Of a DNA stretch of 64,000 bases, positions 38,045 to 47,558 are shown piece after piece (positions within the stretch are counted from its first letter, which is position 1; the number at the start of each line of letters is the position of its first letter). Location: positions 2,208,001-2,272,000 of the forward strand of contig OY759353.1 in the NCBI GenBank assembly GCA_963662315.1. Direction: 5' to 3'. The DNA is from Geopsychrobacteraceae bacterium (GTDB lineage: Bacteria; Desulfobacterota; Desulfuromonadia; Desulfuromonadales; Geopsychrobacteraceae). Below the pieces are notes generated by a model. That model saw nothing but the letters and a program-made list of their open reading frames with translations, searched no databases and was not told the origin of the DNA. Position numbers and translations under genes: made by a program.

Positions 38045-39504
38045 CAGAGCACCTCCGTAAGTGTCTCCCGCATGCCTTTTCCGGTAATGCTGACAATATA
38101 CTCAGCAACCTGGTCAGCCAGACCATCGATCTTCAGCAGTTCCGCCTCCCAGTGCTGATCAAGACTTAAAACCTTATTAGCTATGGTCGTCGCGGTTGCC
38201 AGATCGACGGCACCCATTCCGGCCTCACCCCAGAGTTGCTGATACATAGCGAGGAAGGGCTGATCATCTTTGGTGACATAGCTCTGGCCGTTCAGTTCTC
38301 CGCGATAGAAACAGATCAGAGCTGCAAAGGCCAGGCTCATCAGCGGTGGGATTTCATTATTGTCAGCACAGTACTGCTTCAGTTGTGGCAGCAGTCGAGT
38401 GCGGAATTTGGTCATGGAGTTGAGGGAGATATCGAGCCATTTGTGCTTGATATAAGGATTTTTGAAACGACCGATAACGCTGTCCGCAAACGGTTTCAAT
38501 TCTTCAACCGGCAGCGGCAGGCAAGGAATGATTTCCTTATCAAGGAGCTTGGCAAGGAAATCTTCCAGCTGTGGATCGTTGGTAGCATCCTTGACGAATT
38601 CGATACCACACAACCAGGCAATCGGCATCAAAGCCGTATGGCAACCGTTAAGAATACCGACTTTACGCTGTTTGTAGGGTTTCAAATCGTCAACGATCTG
38701 AATATGCAAACCGCTATCAGCCAGTTTCAGTTCTTCACCGACCCACTGTGGAGCCTGAATAACAAACAGGTGGAAAAACTCTCCGGTGACCATAAAGCGG
38801 TCGTGGTAGCCCAGCTCTTCTTCAAGCTCAGCAACTTCATCGCGCGGATACCCGGTGACAATGCGGTCAACCAATGTCGAACAAAAAGTATTTGCTTCTT
38901 CAAGCCAGGTCTTGAACTCACTGGAGAGATTCCAAAGATCAGCATATTTGAAGACATACTCCTTGAGCAGTTCACCGTTGTAGTCGAGCAGCTCGCAGGG
39001 GAACAGCACCAGTCCCTTATCCTTGGCCCCACCAAAAGCGTTAAAACGCTCATAAAGGAAGCGGGTCAGCTTAGCCGGATAAGTAACCGCTGGTGCATCA
39101 TCACATTGATCGGAACTACTGAAGGCGATACCTGCTTCGGTAGTGTTACTGAAAACAAAGCGCAGCTCCGGGTTATGAGCCAACGCCAAAAACGCGTCGT
39201 AGTCCTTATAGATGGAAATTTCGCGGGTGACACTGGAGACGATGCGCTTTTCGTTACGCAGCTGATTCTCTTCATCATAACCACGCAGCAAAGTGGTATA
39301 GAGGCCACCCTGAACATTGAGAGACTCGGGCGTATCAGTATCAATAGGTCGCGCAACAACGATACCTGCGTTCAGCCCACATTTTTCATTGAGAATATCG
39401 ACCTGCCAGCCAATGAAGCAGCGCAGAAAATTCCCTTCCCCGATCTGCAGGATCCGCTCGGGGTAACTGGGCAGGTTCATGGTATTTCTATTTAACTCTT
39501 TCAT
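38044..39504 (-). CDS. uxaB: Tagaturonate reductase (altronate oxidoreductase)
   Basis: QIGEGNFLR, SNTTEAGI, YPAKLT, PCEL..NG, TLVDRIV.GYP, ILNGCHT, RFKNPYI.H; ATG 39504 after GAGGA. Confidence 0.92.
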   Translation of the reverse strand: MKELNRNTMNLPSYPERILQIGEGNFLRCFIGWQVDILNEKCGLNAGIVVARPIDTDTPESLNVQGGLYTTLLRGYDEENQLRNEKRIVSSVTREISIYKDYDAFLALAHNPELRFVFSNTTEAGIAFSSSDQCDDAPAVTYPAKLTRFLYERFNAFGGAKDKGLVLFPCELLDYNGELLKEYVFKYADLWNLSSEFKTWLEEANTFCSTLVDRIVTGYPRDEVAELEEELGYHDRFMVTGEFFHLFVIQAPQWVGEELKLADSGLHIQIVDDLKPYKQRKVGILNGCHTALMPIAWLCGIEFVKDATNDPQLEDFLAKLLDKEIIPCLPLPVEELKPFADSVIGRFKNPYIKHKWLDISLNSMTKFRTRLLPQLKQYCADNNEIPPLMSLAFAALICFYRGELNGQSYVTKDDQPFLAMYQQLWGEAGMGAVDLATATTIANKVLSLDQHWEAELLKIDGLADQVAEYIVSITGKGMRETLTEVL

Positions 39505-39576
39505 AGACAAATCCTCTGACTAAACCAGTCATTTATGTAATAGGATCTATTTTCGTGAAAACCGACATACAGCTAT

Positions 39577-40860
39577 TTACCAAAGATTTCCGTTTTCATC
39601 GAAAGGGAATGGCTCAGGCTTACTTTCCACTGTTATTTGTGGATTAAGTCTTGCTTCCTCTAAATACGATTCTGACAATTGAATATGTTCAATATGTAAA
39701 CTATTTGGAATTCTTACAATCCGGGGAGCGGATTTATTAATTTCATTACAGGTTCGTACACAGACTTTAATGGCATCCCTGTCACTTTCCATGACAATTG
39801 GGATACGCACACCACCTAAAACCGTACAGGTAATAGCATTTGGGTACATTGAGGCGAAGTCCAGCTGGTTGAAAACCCGTTTAGTGGTTGCACTGGAATA
39901 TCCGAGCCCAATACCATTCCCATGCGTTTCAGGACTTAAATCCAAGACACACACTCTTTGCGCCTGGATCCCGCCTGTTGCATATGGAGAACAAAATGTT
40001 CCCGTGATGTTCGGATCCATCCCATCACCACTGAAATTTTTACCAATCTGATCAACAATAAGAACGTCGCAGGCATCCACCAAAATTCGCGGCATATTAG
40101 AAAAAGCTCGTTTCAATAGAAGAGGTTCCATTTCTTCTATCTCCTCAGAATTTACAGCAATAATTTCAGCAGTTTCGTCGTAGGCGTTTTCTATCGAGGC
40201 CACAGCAAACAGTATCGGGGCATTATGAAGAACAACACGCCCAAACATCGGGACAAACTTTGCCATATTTTTGAAACCAGCCTCATGGATGACTTCGGCA
40301 CCATATTGTTTACCCAGACCTATGGCCATCATTTTCATGATTCCACTTTCGTATGGTCCTCTAAATGCTGTATGTGGTTTGATTCTGCAATTGACGATAA
40401 TGCCATCGGCTTCTGCAGCATGTTTGTCAATAAAGACATCCATCCCCTCTTGATTGACACCTATTTTTGTTACTTCCATGGAAGAAACAATCGGGCAACC
40501 AACATAATCCTCCGTTATGCCATATTGCGCCAGTACTTCTCGCTGACCTTCTGCTGTTGCCCCACCGTGACTTCCCATTGCCGGAATAACAAAAGGATGT
40601 GCCTTCATGTTTTTAACAAAAGTCACAATACTTTTGATGATAAGAGCCTGATTAGCAATTCCACGCGATGAAGCGGTTATGCCAATCCGCATTCCAGGAA
40701 GAATTTTCCCAGCAAAGGACTGAGGACTTAACAAGTTATCAACGATATTGGGGATATCCTCTATATTTACCCTGGTTCGTGGAAAGGTTTGTCTCACCTT
40801 GAACATTCGGGGAAGAAACGTATCCGCAACCATATTCCGGACAAAAGGTCTTTCTATCAT
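39577..40860 (-). CDS. LarA-superfamily (lactate racemase domain) protein, probable 2-hydroxy-acid epimerase
   Basis: SSRGIAN, PAMGSHGGATAEGQ, NCRIKPHT.F, ESGIMKM..IGLGK, GKNFSGDGMDPN, HGNGIG. Confidence 0.75.
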   Translation of the reverse strand: MIERPFVRNMVADTFLPRMFKVRQTFPRTRVNIEDIPNIVDNLLSPQSFAGKILPGMRIGITASSRGIANQALIIKSIVTFVKNMKAHPFVIPAMGSHGGATAEGQREVLAQYGITEDYVGCPIVSSMEVTKIGVNQEGMDVFIDKHAAEADGIIVNCRIKPHTAFRGPYESGIMKMMAIGLGKQYGAEVIHEAGFKNMAKFVPMFGRVVLHNAPILFAVASIENAYDETAEIIAVNSEEIEEMEPLLLKRAFSNMPRILVDACDVLIVDQIGKNFSGDGMDPNITGTFCSPYATGGIQAQRVCVLDLSPETHGNGIGLGYSSATTKRVFNQLDFASMYPNAITCTVLGGVRIPIVMESDRDAIKVCVRTCNEINKSAPRIVRIPNSLHIEHIQLSESYLEEARLNPQITVESKPEPFPFDENGNLW

Positions 40861-40870
40861 TCTTGGCCAC

Positions 40871-42154
40871 CTAATAAATCAAATCGACAAGAAATGTTGT
40901 TAATGGTGGGAAATAAGTCAGGACGAGCATATCCACCAAAAACAACAGATAAAATGGGCGCGCTTCTTTGATAAAGGCTGTAGTGGAACATTTAGTCACT
41001 CCACAACAAACAAACATTAATGTCCCCATGGGAGGGGTAAAAGCGCCAATCGTACAGTTAAAAATATAAACCATTGCGAAATGGACAGGATCAACTCCAT
41101 AGGAGACAGCAACCGGCTGCAAGAGAGGGGCGAGAACAATCATAGAAGCATTCCCCTCGACAAACATTCCCACAGCAATCAAAAACACATTGGCCATGGC
41201 CAAAAACATGTACTTATTGTCGATAACCGAAATCATCCATTCTGAAAACTGCTGTGGAATTTGCTCTTTTGTTAATACCCATGAAAAAGCAGTTGCCGCA
41301 GCTATAATCAGCATGATGGAAGCAGTTGTGTTTACAGTTTCCTTACATCCCTCGAATATATTTTTCCAAGAAAGCTCCCGATAAAGGAGCCCTAGAAGCA
41401 ACGAATACACGATCGCGACAGCTCCAGATTCAGACGCAGTAAACACGCCAAGCCGCACTCCGCCAATGATTATAATGGGCAACAACATGGGCAGGAAGGC
41501 AACCTTGATAGCATCAAACTTTTCTCTTGCCGGAATTTTACTTGTCCGAGTCGGTAAATAGTTACGCTGCTTTGAAACATAGCGAACAAACACCATCAAA
41601 GTCACACTTAGAACAATGCCTGGTCCAATACCTGCGACAAATAACTTACCGATAGAAATATTATTGATAACACCGTAAATGATTAACCCAACTCCTGGAG
41701 GAATTAAGGGAACAATCATTCCCGATGCCGCGGTTACAACTGTGGAAAAGGGCTTTGAAAATCCCTTTCGCTCCATTTGAGGAACAAGCATTTTGCATTC
41801 CATGGCGGCATCAGCAAGACTAGAACCGCTTAATCCCCCCATGAGAGTGGATAGGAGCACATTCACTTGCGCTAAACCACCATACATCCGTGCCGTCAGG
41901 ACCTCACAGCAATGCATGATGCGTTTTGTCACCCCGGCATGGTTCATAAAAATGCCAGCACTGACAAAAAACGGAATCGCGAGTAAGGATAATCCTTCTG
42001 TTCCACTAATAACTTTTTGAGCAAAAATTATCGGATTAATTGATGAAGCAAAGAAATAAACAGCAGATGCAGCCAGAATGGAAATATATACAGGCACCTT
42101 TAGGAATAAAAGTACCAGGAGTATGATCCCACAGATAATTATAAGATTAGTCAT
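40871..42154 (-). CDS. dctM: TRAP transporter large permease
   Basis: LLAIPFF, GGLSGSSLADAA, PLIPPG, FTPPMG; start moved to MTNL. Confidence 0.9.
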   Translation of the reverse strand: MTNLIIICGIILLVLLFLKVPVYISILAASAVYFFASSINPIIFAQKVISGTEGLSLLAIPFFVSAGIFMNHAGVTKRIMHCCEVLTARMYGGLAQVNVLLSTLMGGLSGSSLADAAMECKMLVPQMERKGFSKPFSTVVTAASGMIVPLIPPGVGLIIYGVINNISIGKLFVAGIGPGIVLSVTLMVFVRYVSKQRNYLPTRTSKIPAREKFDAIKVAFLPMLLPIIIIGGVRLGVFTASESGAVAIVYSLLLGLLYRELSWKNIFEGCKETVNTTASIMLIIAAATAFSWVLTKEQIPQQFSEWMISVIDNKYMFLAMANVFLIAVGMFVEGNASMIVLAPLLQPVAVSYGVDPVHFAMVYIFNCTIGAFTPPMGTLMFVCCGVTKCSTTAFIKEARPFYLLFLVDMLVLTYFPPLTTFLVDLIY

Positions 42155-42662
42155 TACCTTCATCCTCGTAATGAAATGATTCATCGCACCGATCAAGGAC
42201 ACCACAAAGAATGTAGTTTACTAGCTGAAGAGCACAAGAGATGGGAACGATTGCATAAATAAGAACGTAGGAAGCATGAAGAACAGATGTCTGTCTTCCG
42301 GTTCGAACAAACAATTGAATATATTCGTAACTTGTATAGCAGAGATACGAAAGAACACACGCAACCGTTACTGCGATAAAAGCATTTGTAGCTTTTTGTA
42401 ATTTCAGTGGAAATATATTGTAGAGCATGTCTATTGCAGAGTGATTTCTGGTTCGATAAGCGGCCCCACCTGCAGCAAAGACCACCCAAACGATAAGCGC
42501 AGCCTGAACCTCTTCAATCCACCCAAAAGGTTCCCCAACCACATACCTCATAACGACACCTAAAAAGGTGACACTCACCAAAAGGACCAACGCTACCGAT
42601 GCAATATATTCATCGAGATGCAGCAAGATGCTTACAAGTTTTTCTTTCTTTTTTTTAGTCAT
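42147..42662 (-). CDS. dctQ: TRAP transporter small permease
   Basis: VVMRY....FGWIEE, HSAID; start moved to MTKK (AAGGAG upstream). Confidence 0.88.
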   Translation of the reverse strand: MTKKKKEKLVSILLHLDEYIASVALVLLVSVTFLGVVMRYVVGEPFGWIEEVQAALIVWVVFAAGGAAYRTRNHSAIDMLYNIFPLKLQKATNAFIAVTVACVLSYLCYTSYEYIQLFVRTGRQTSVLHASYVLIYAIVPISCALQLVNYILCGVLDRCDESFHYEDEGND

Positions 42663-42800
42663 ATTGCATTGCTCCTTACTCATTACAACCAATTTCAATC
42701 ACATAACCCTGAAGGAGAAGATAAACAAATGAATCAAAAAATTGGCTCAGCATATAAATGGATTTTTACTATTCTTTGAGACCGTATGACTATAAAACTT

Positions 42801-42864
42801 AAAAAGCATTGTCCTTTTCAGTGATGTTGTTTCTTTAAAAATCTCTATCTGAAAAGGACAATGC
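42801..42864 (-). terminator. 16-bp stem-loop between dctP and dctQ (terminator or mRNA stabiliser)
   Basis: GCATTGTCCTTTTCAG (42806-42821) / CTGAAAAGGACAATGC (42849-42864), A5 run giving a U-tract on the minus strand. Confidence 0.7.
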
Positions 42865-42908
42865 CCATATTTTATGCTTCTTAACCAGTTCTCAAGCGTG
42901 GAGAGAAT

Positions 42909-43931
42909 TTATTTTTTAGATGCATTCTTAACAGTTTGGTACAGGTTTTCGCTCCAACCAAGGGTCTTGGATGCGCTATTGAAGAAAGGCTGCCCAGCTG
43001 CAATCCATTTAGCTTTTTGCTCGGGAGTCAGGGTTGTCATGGTAACGCCAGCATCAAGCATCTTTTGAATAGATTCTTTCGTTGCAGCATCTTGCATCTC
43101 ATTGTTAAAGAGCCCGGCCTCATCTGCAGTCTCATAAAGGATATTTTGTTGCTCAGGGGTGAGGGACTTAAAGAAGCCTTCCCCAATAATCCACATAGAG
43201 GTTGCAAAGATATGGTGATCATCAACCAAATATTTACCAACTTCGTGAAAACTTCTGTTAGCAAGGGAAGTTACAGGGTTCTCGACACCATCGATGGTTT
43301 TTGCTTGAAGGGCTTGATAAACCTCTCCCATATCCATTCCGACGGCAGAAATTCCAAGAGACTCGAAACTTGTAATAGAGAGTTTATTAGAAGAAACTCT
43401 CATTTTTACGCCCTTCAAATCTTCAGGAAGAACAATTTTTGTAGTGCTTAAGAAATCACGGGCACCATAGATCCAGTTTGAGGACAAGACGCGGATCGAA
43501 GCTTTCTGGGCAAGTTGATCACAGAGCTTCTTATACCAATTGCTGTCAAGAACATTCCAGACTTCATCCCAGCTATCAAACATAAAGGGAGCATAGAAAA
43601 TACCGAAATCAGCAACACCATAATCAGCAAGAAAAGCGCCATCAGCAACGGTAATAACAGGTTCACCAATGATCATTTGATCGATAAGTTCGACCTTTTT
43701 ACCAAGTGCAGAGTTTGGAAATAATTCCAATTTAAGGCTGCCACCACTTTTCTTTGCGACTAATGCAGCCCACTTTTCCACCGCCTTAGCCGCGGGTTCA
43801 GTAGTTGCATTTTCATAACCTACGGAAATCTTTGTCACCTTGGCTGCCTCTGCACTTTGTTCAAACCCCACCAGTGCACAGGCTACGAATGCTAGCACCA
43901 TCAAACTCGTTACAACACGTCTTGCCTTCAT
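42909..43931 (-). CDS. dctP: TRAP substrate-binding protein
   Basis: Signal peptide ending AEA; YGARDF, DLKGVKMRV, EVYQALQ..IDGVENP. Confidence 0.9.
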   Translation of the reverse strand: MKARRVVTSLMVLAFVACALVGFEQSAEAAKVTKISVGYENATTEPAAKAVEKWAALVAKKSGGSLKLELFPNSALGKKVELIDQMIIGEPVITVADGAFLADYGVADFGIFYAPFMFDSWDEVWNVLDSNWYKKLCDQLAQKASIRVLSSNWIYGARDFLSTTKIVLPEDLKGVKMRVSSNKLSITSFESLGISAVGMDMGEVYQALQAKTIDGVENPVTSLANRSFHEVGKYLVDDHHIFATSMWIIGEGFFKSLTPEQQNILYETADEAGLFNNEMQDAATKESIQKMLDAGVTMTTLTPEQKAKWIAAGQPFFNSASKTLGWSENLYQTVKNASKK

Positions 43932-44091
43932 ATAACCTCCGAGAATATGGCCCTCACCATTGGCAAGGGGCAGATTAAATCCACATCGGGCCAGTAGAAC
44001 AGGACTGAACCTTTGTGGGCCATCAACTAAATGGAGCCGTGATAAATAGTTTCTTGATTGAGTTTAATCCTGCATCCACAACAGTTTCAGA

Positions 44092-45117
44092 CTAGTCGAA
44101 TGAAACCAGGATTTTCGTGATTTCCGCTGGGTTATCGCTCCATTTCTGCAACGAATTTCCTGCGTCATCTAAGGAAACGTCCATGGTAATAAGCTGATTC
44201 AAAGGAAGATCGATTTTCTTCATCAGGTCCAGAATATCGACAAAATCTTGCTTTATCGCATTCCGCGCTCCACGAATTTGAATTTCTTTCATGACAAACT
44301 TTTTAGTATCAAAAGCAACCTGATCTTTGACGTATCCGACATAGACAACCCGCCCGCAGAATGCGACTAGATCCACAGCGGCAATAAATGTTTGATCAAG
44401 ACCGATGGCCTCAACAGCAACGGTCGCACCATGGCCATCAGTATATTTAAGCACTTGCTCTTCTAAATTTTGGGTTCTGGAATTTATCGTGTACGTAGCA
44501 CCAAATTTACGAGCCAATTCGAGCTTACTATCATCAATATCAACGGCGATAACAGTTGCGCCATCATCATTACCCTTTAGAATCGCTCCAAGACCGACCA
44601 TTCCACAGCCGAACACCAACATTGTTTCGCCTGATTTTCCCTCAGCCCTTCTTGCCGCATGACAACCTACAGCCAAAGGTTCCACAATAGCTATTTGACT
44701 AAATGACAAATCATCTAGGTTAGAAACAATCTTTTCATAATCGACAGCAAGATACTCGGTCATTCCGCCATTCTGCTGAACGCCAAGGGTCTGGTTGTTT
44801 TTGCAAGCATTAGGTCTACCGGACAAACAAGACCAGCATTTACCACACGTCGTATAGGGCAGCACCAACACCTTGGCCCCGATTTTCAAATCCCCAGGAA
44901 CCTTCGATCCTATTTCGACTATTTCTGCGGCTATTTCATGTCCAGGAATACGTGGATAACTAACAATTGGATTCAACCCACGAAACGTATTAAGGTCACT
45001 ACCACAAAAACCAACCTTTTTGATTGCCACTAAAACTTGTGTTTCATTTATCTCAGGTTTTCTTACATCCCCCTTGAGACTAAATTCGCCTGGATTATCA
45101 ATTACAAAAGCACGCAT
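44092..45117 (-). CDS. Zn-dependent sugar-acid dehydrogenase, LgoD/YjjN (L-galactonate 5-dehydrogenase)-like
   Basis: GFCGSD, YPRIPGHE, PYTTCGKCWSC...NAC, LGVQQNGGM.EY, VEPLAVG.HA, GCGMVG, GARNA. Confidence 0.8.
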   Translation of the reverse strand: MRAFVIDNPGEFSLKGDVRKPEINETQVLVAIKKVGFCGSDLNTFRGLNPIVSYPRIPGHEIAAEIVEIGSKVPGDLKIGAKVLVLPYTTCGKCWSCLSGRPNACKNNQTLGVQQNGGMTEYLAVDYEKIVSNLDDLSFSQIAIVEPLAVGCHAARRAEGKSGETMLVFGCGMVGLGAILKGNDDGATVIAVDIDDSKLELARKFGATYTINSRTQNLEEQVLKYTDGHGATVAVEAIGLDQTFIAAVDLVAFCGRVVYVGYVKDQVAFDTKKFVMKEIQIRGARNAIKQDFVDILDLMKKIDLPLNQLITMDVSLDDAGNSLQKWSDNPAEITKILVSFD

Positions 45118-45267
45118 TCTGTAAATCCCCTTCTTGACATATCAACTAAAGAACGCCCGGTTCCATTCGCCTAATCGAAAGTAATAATCAAATTCCTAAC
45201 CCCAAACACCTGATTTGCATATTATTCATATCTAAGCTATGGATGGGCACAACAGTAACTTTGGACA

Positions 45268-45508
45268 TATTGTCTGTCAATCAAAAAAAATAACATTGGA
45301 TTGCCTGATCATATAAAGTAAACTTGCGATACAAATTACATACAATGTCACACCTAGCAGAAATAGCGCTTTATTTACAGGACCTTAAAATAGATCCCCA
45401 TCAAAGATCAAATAGTATTGTCTGACAATAGTAGCCACAACAAATACTTTGAAACAATATTCTCCTTGACTAATCAAAACTGCGTATCAATAATTATTGT
45501 CTGACTAG
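45268..45508. promoter_or_regulatory. Three GntR/FadR-type operators plus a sigma-70 promoter
   Basis: TATTGTCTGTCAAT (45268), TATTGTCTGACAATA (45416), TATTGTCTGACTAG (45495); TTGACT-N17-AATAAT at 45466-45494. Confidence 0.8.
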
Positions 45509-45526
45509 AAGGAGATATAAAAAGAC

Positions 45527-46243
45527 ATGAAAACCAACCCACCTGGAGACCACATCACATGCAGAAATGAACGGCTATACATTCACGTTTCTCATGAAAT
45601 CAAAAAATATCTACAAATTAACCACTTTAAGCCTGGGGATAGGCTCCCTTCCGAGACTGAGCTATCAAAAGAGTTCAGTGTTAGTAGGGCTACCGTGCGT
45701 GAAGCAATTGTTGCGCTTGAGGTTTCGGGGGTACTTGCGGTTAAAAGAAATGTCGGTGCACTAGTACAGAATCTCTCTGAAGAAATTCCAATCAATACAA
45801 TCACATCCGAAGCTGGTCCTTTTGAACAAATCCAAGTACGGATATTGCTTGAGCCTGAAGCCGCTTATCTCGCAGCAAAACACAGAACTCCACAAGAGTG
45901 TGAATTAATGGAAAAAGCTATCGAAATGATGGTTGGTGAAAATCAAGCTGGCTTTGAAACAGAAGATGGCGACATGTTATTTCACCTTCGAATTGCGAAA
46001 TCCTGCAGCAATTCGTTGCTTGCAAGTCACATAGAAAGCATCTGGGAGATGAGACATAACGGTAAACTTTGGCCGCAACTTCAACGTAGCGTTGATAAGA
46101 GTATTATGCGTACAAGAGCGGTTTTTCAGCACATGAAAATTCTTGAAGCAATTCGATCCCAAAAACCTGACTTAGCAAAACAGACGATGACCGAGCACCT
46201 GTTATCGGTTCAGGATGAACTTGAAAGTACCATAAACGCTTAA
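45527..46243 (+). CDS. GntR/FadR-family regulator (LgoR/ExuR-like)
   Basis: GDRLPSE.EL...F.VSRATVREAI.ALE; FCD domain DMLFH..IA, H..IL.AI. Confidence 0.9.
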   Translation: MKTNPPGDHITCRNERLYIHVSHEIKKYLQINHFKPGDRLPSETELSKEFSVSRATVREAIVALEVSGVLAVKRNVGALVQNLSEEIPINTITSEAGPFEQIQVRILLEPEAAYLAAKHRTPQECELMEKAIEMMVGENQAGFETEDGDMLFHLRIAKSCSNSLLASHIESIWEMRHNGKLWPQLQRSVDKSIMRTRAVFQHMKILEAIRSQKPDLAKQTMTEHLLSVQDELESTINA

Positions 46244-46245
46244 AC

Positions 46246-46278
46246 AAAAAGACCGTCCCTTTTTTCGGCACGGTCTTT
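46246..46278. terminator. Terminator-like hairpin after the GntR gene
   Basis: AAAGACCGT ... ACGGTCTTT. Confidence 0.6.
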
Positions 46279-46478
46279 ACTGCATGTTCCCAAACTCATT
46301 CGCAACATTCTCGATACAAGCAACCGCCCAACAAACCGGAAAGCCACGACATCGCTTAGCGATCTGACCGTGGAAAAAGTGATTGACGGGCACTGGCAGG
46401 AGAAAAGGCCCGATCATAACTCTGAGCATTGTACCTCGGTACGAGGGGAAAGAACTTAGAAGTTAGCCCTTTTCTTTT

Positions 46479-46520
46479 CCAGCTCCAGCTCCAGCTCCAG
46501 CTCCAGCTCCAGCTCCAGCT
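46479..46520. repeat. Perfect hexamer microsatellite (CCAGCT)7
   Basis: Seven exact copies directly after the yeiH stop codon. Confidence 0.95.
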
Positions 46521-46521
46521 A

Positions 46522-47448
46522 TTAAGCCACACCAAAAAACTCCAGACAAACCAACGTCAAACTGCCAACGATCAACCACAACAGGACGCCTTGCAAAAGA
46601 GGCCGGAGCCCGACCTTGCGCAGCAACTCACGGCTTAAACCAGCTCCAATCAGAAACAGGGTCACAACCAATGCCTGCCGGGCCACGCGGGCGACAATGT
46701 GCCAAAGTGGAGCGCCCTGTGGCACCCAGGTGCTAACAGCCGCAGCGACGATAAAACCGAGGATAAACAAAGGAAAAGCATTCTTTCCGCTCGCTTTGTT
46801 ACGCCACGCGGTAATCAGCACAAAGGGGGTAATCCACAACGCCCGCGACAGTTTTACCGTGGTCCCTATCGCCAGCGCCTGAGCTCCGTAGACCGACGCA
46901 GCGCCAACGACACTACTGGTATCATGAATGGCCATCCCCGCCCAGGTCCCGAAGATGGTCTGACTGAGGTGCAATTGATGTCCCACAAAAGGAAACAGTA
47001 GCAGTGCCACAGCATTCAGGGTAAAGACCGTCGCCAGCGAAACAGCGATCTCTGCATCCTTGGCCTTTAACACCGGTGCCATAGCAGCGATGGCGCTCCC
47101 CCCACAGATAGCCGTACCGAAAGAGACCAGCACAGAGGTTTGCCCTTCGACCTTAAGCAGCCGACCAAGGAGAGTCCCAACACCCAGGGTAAAACAGATA
47201 CCGACAAAGGTATAAACAATCGACTCCCGGCCTGTCGTCCAGATTTCACCAAGACTGAGCCCAAAACCGAGCCCGACAACCGCCAATTGCAGTAATTTCT
47301 TACTGTAGCGCGCCGTCTGCTTGGGCCACGGATTGCCCAAAGCCAAACTCACCGCAATACCAAGCAGCAACGCATAAGACGCATCCATCCACGGCAAACC
47401 GCAGACAACCAGGCAGCAAACAAAAATAATTTTGACCATTTTATCCAT
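46522..47448 (-). CDS. yeiH: YeiH / putative sulfate exporter family membrane protein
   Basis: LLQLAVVGLGF, GTAICGGSAIAA, WAGMAIHDTSSVVGA, TVKLSRAL; start 47448 or 47460. Confidence 0.88.
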   Translation of the reverse strand: MDKMVKIIFVCCLVVCGLPWMDASYALLLGIAVSLALGNPWPKQTARYSKKLLQLAVVGLGFGLSLGEIWTTGRESIVYTFVGICFTLGVGTLLGRLLKVEGQTSVLVSFGTAICGGSAIAAMAPVLKAKDAEIAVSLATVFTLNAVALLLFPFVGHQLHLSQTIFGTWAGMAIHDTSSVVGAASVYGAQALAIGTTVKLSRALWITPFVLITAWRNKASGKNAFPLFILGFIVAAAVSTWVPQGAPLWHIVARVARQALVVTLFLIGAGLSRELLRKVGLRPLLQGVLLWLIVGSLTLVCLEFFGVA

Positions 47449-47558
47449 TGAAAAAATCACTCCTCTATTGAAATTGAACGTGATTATAAGCTTTTCAATT
47501 TATAAATAAAAATTTATAATAATGATCGTTTTAATCATTTTTATTGATGGATAAAAAT

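Noticed and set aside
46280..46459. About 60-codon stop-free frame (LHVPKLIRNILD...VIDGHWQE...) at the island edge
   Set aside because: No good start or RBS and no recognisable family; a gene remnant cannot be supported without a search.
46429..46638. ORF containing QLQLQLQL
   Set aside because: It is just the translated microsatellite, antisense to the end of yeiH.
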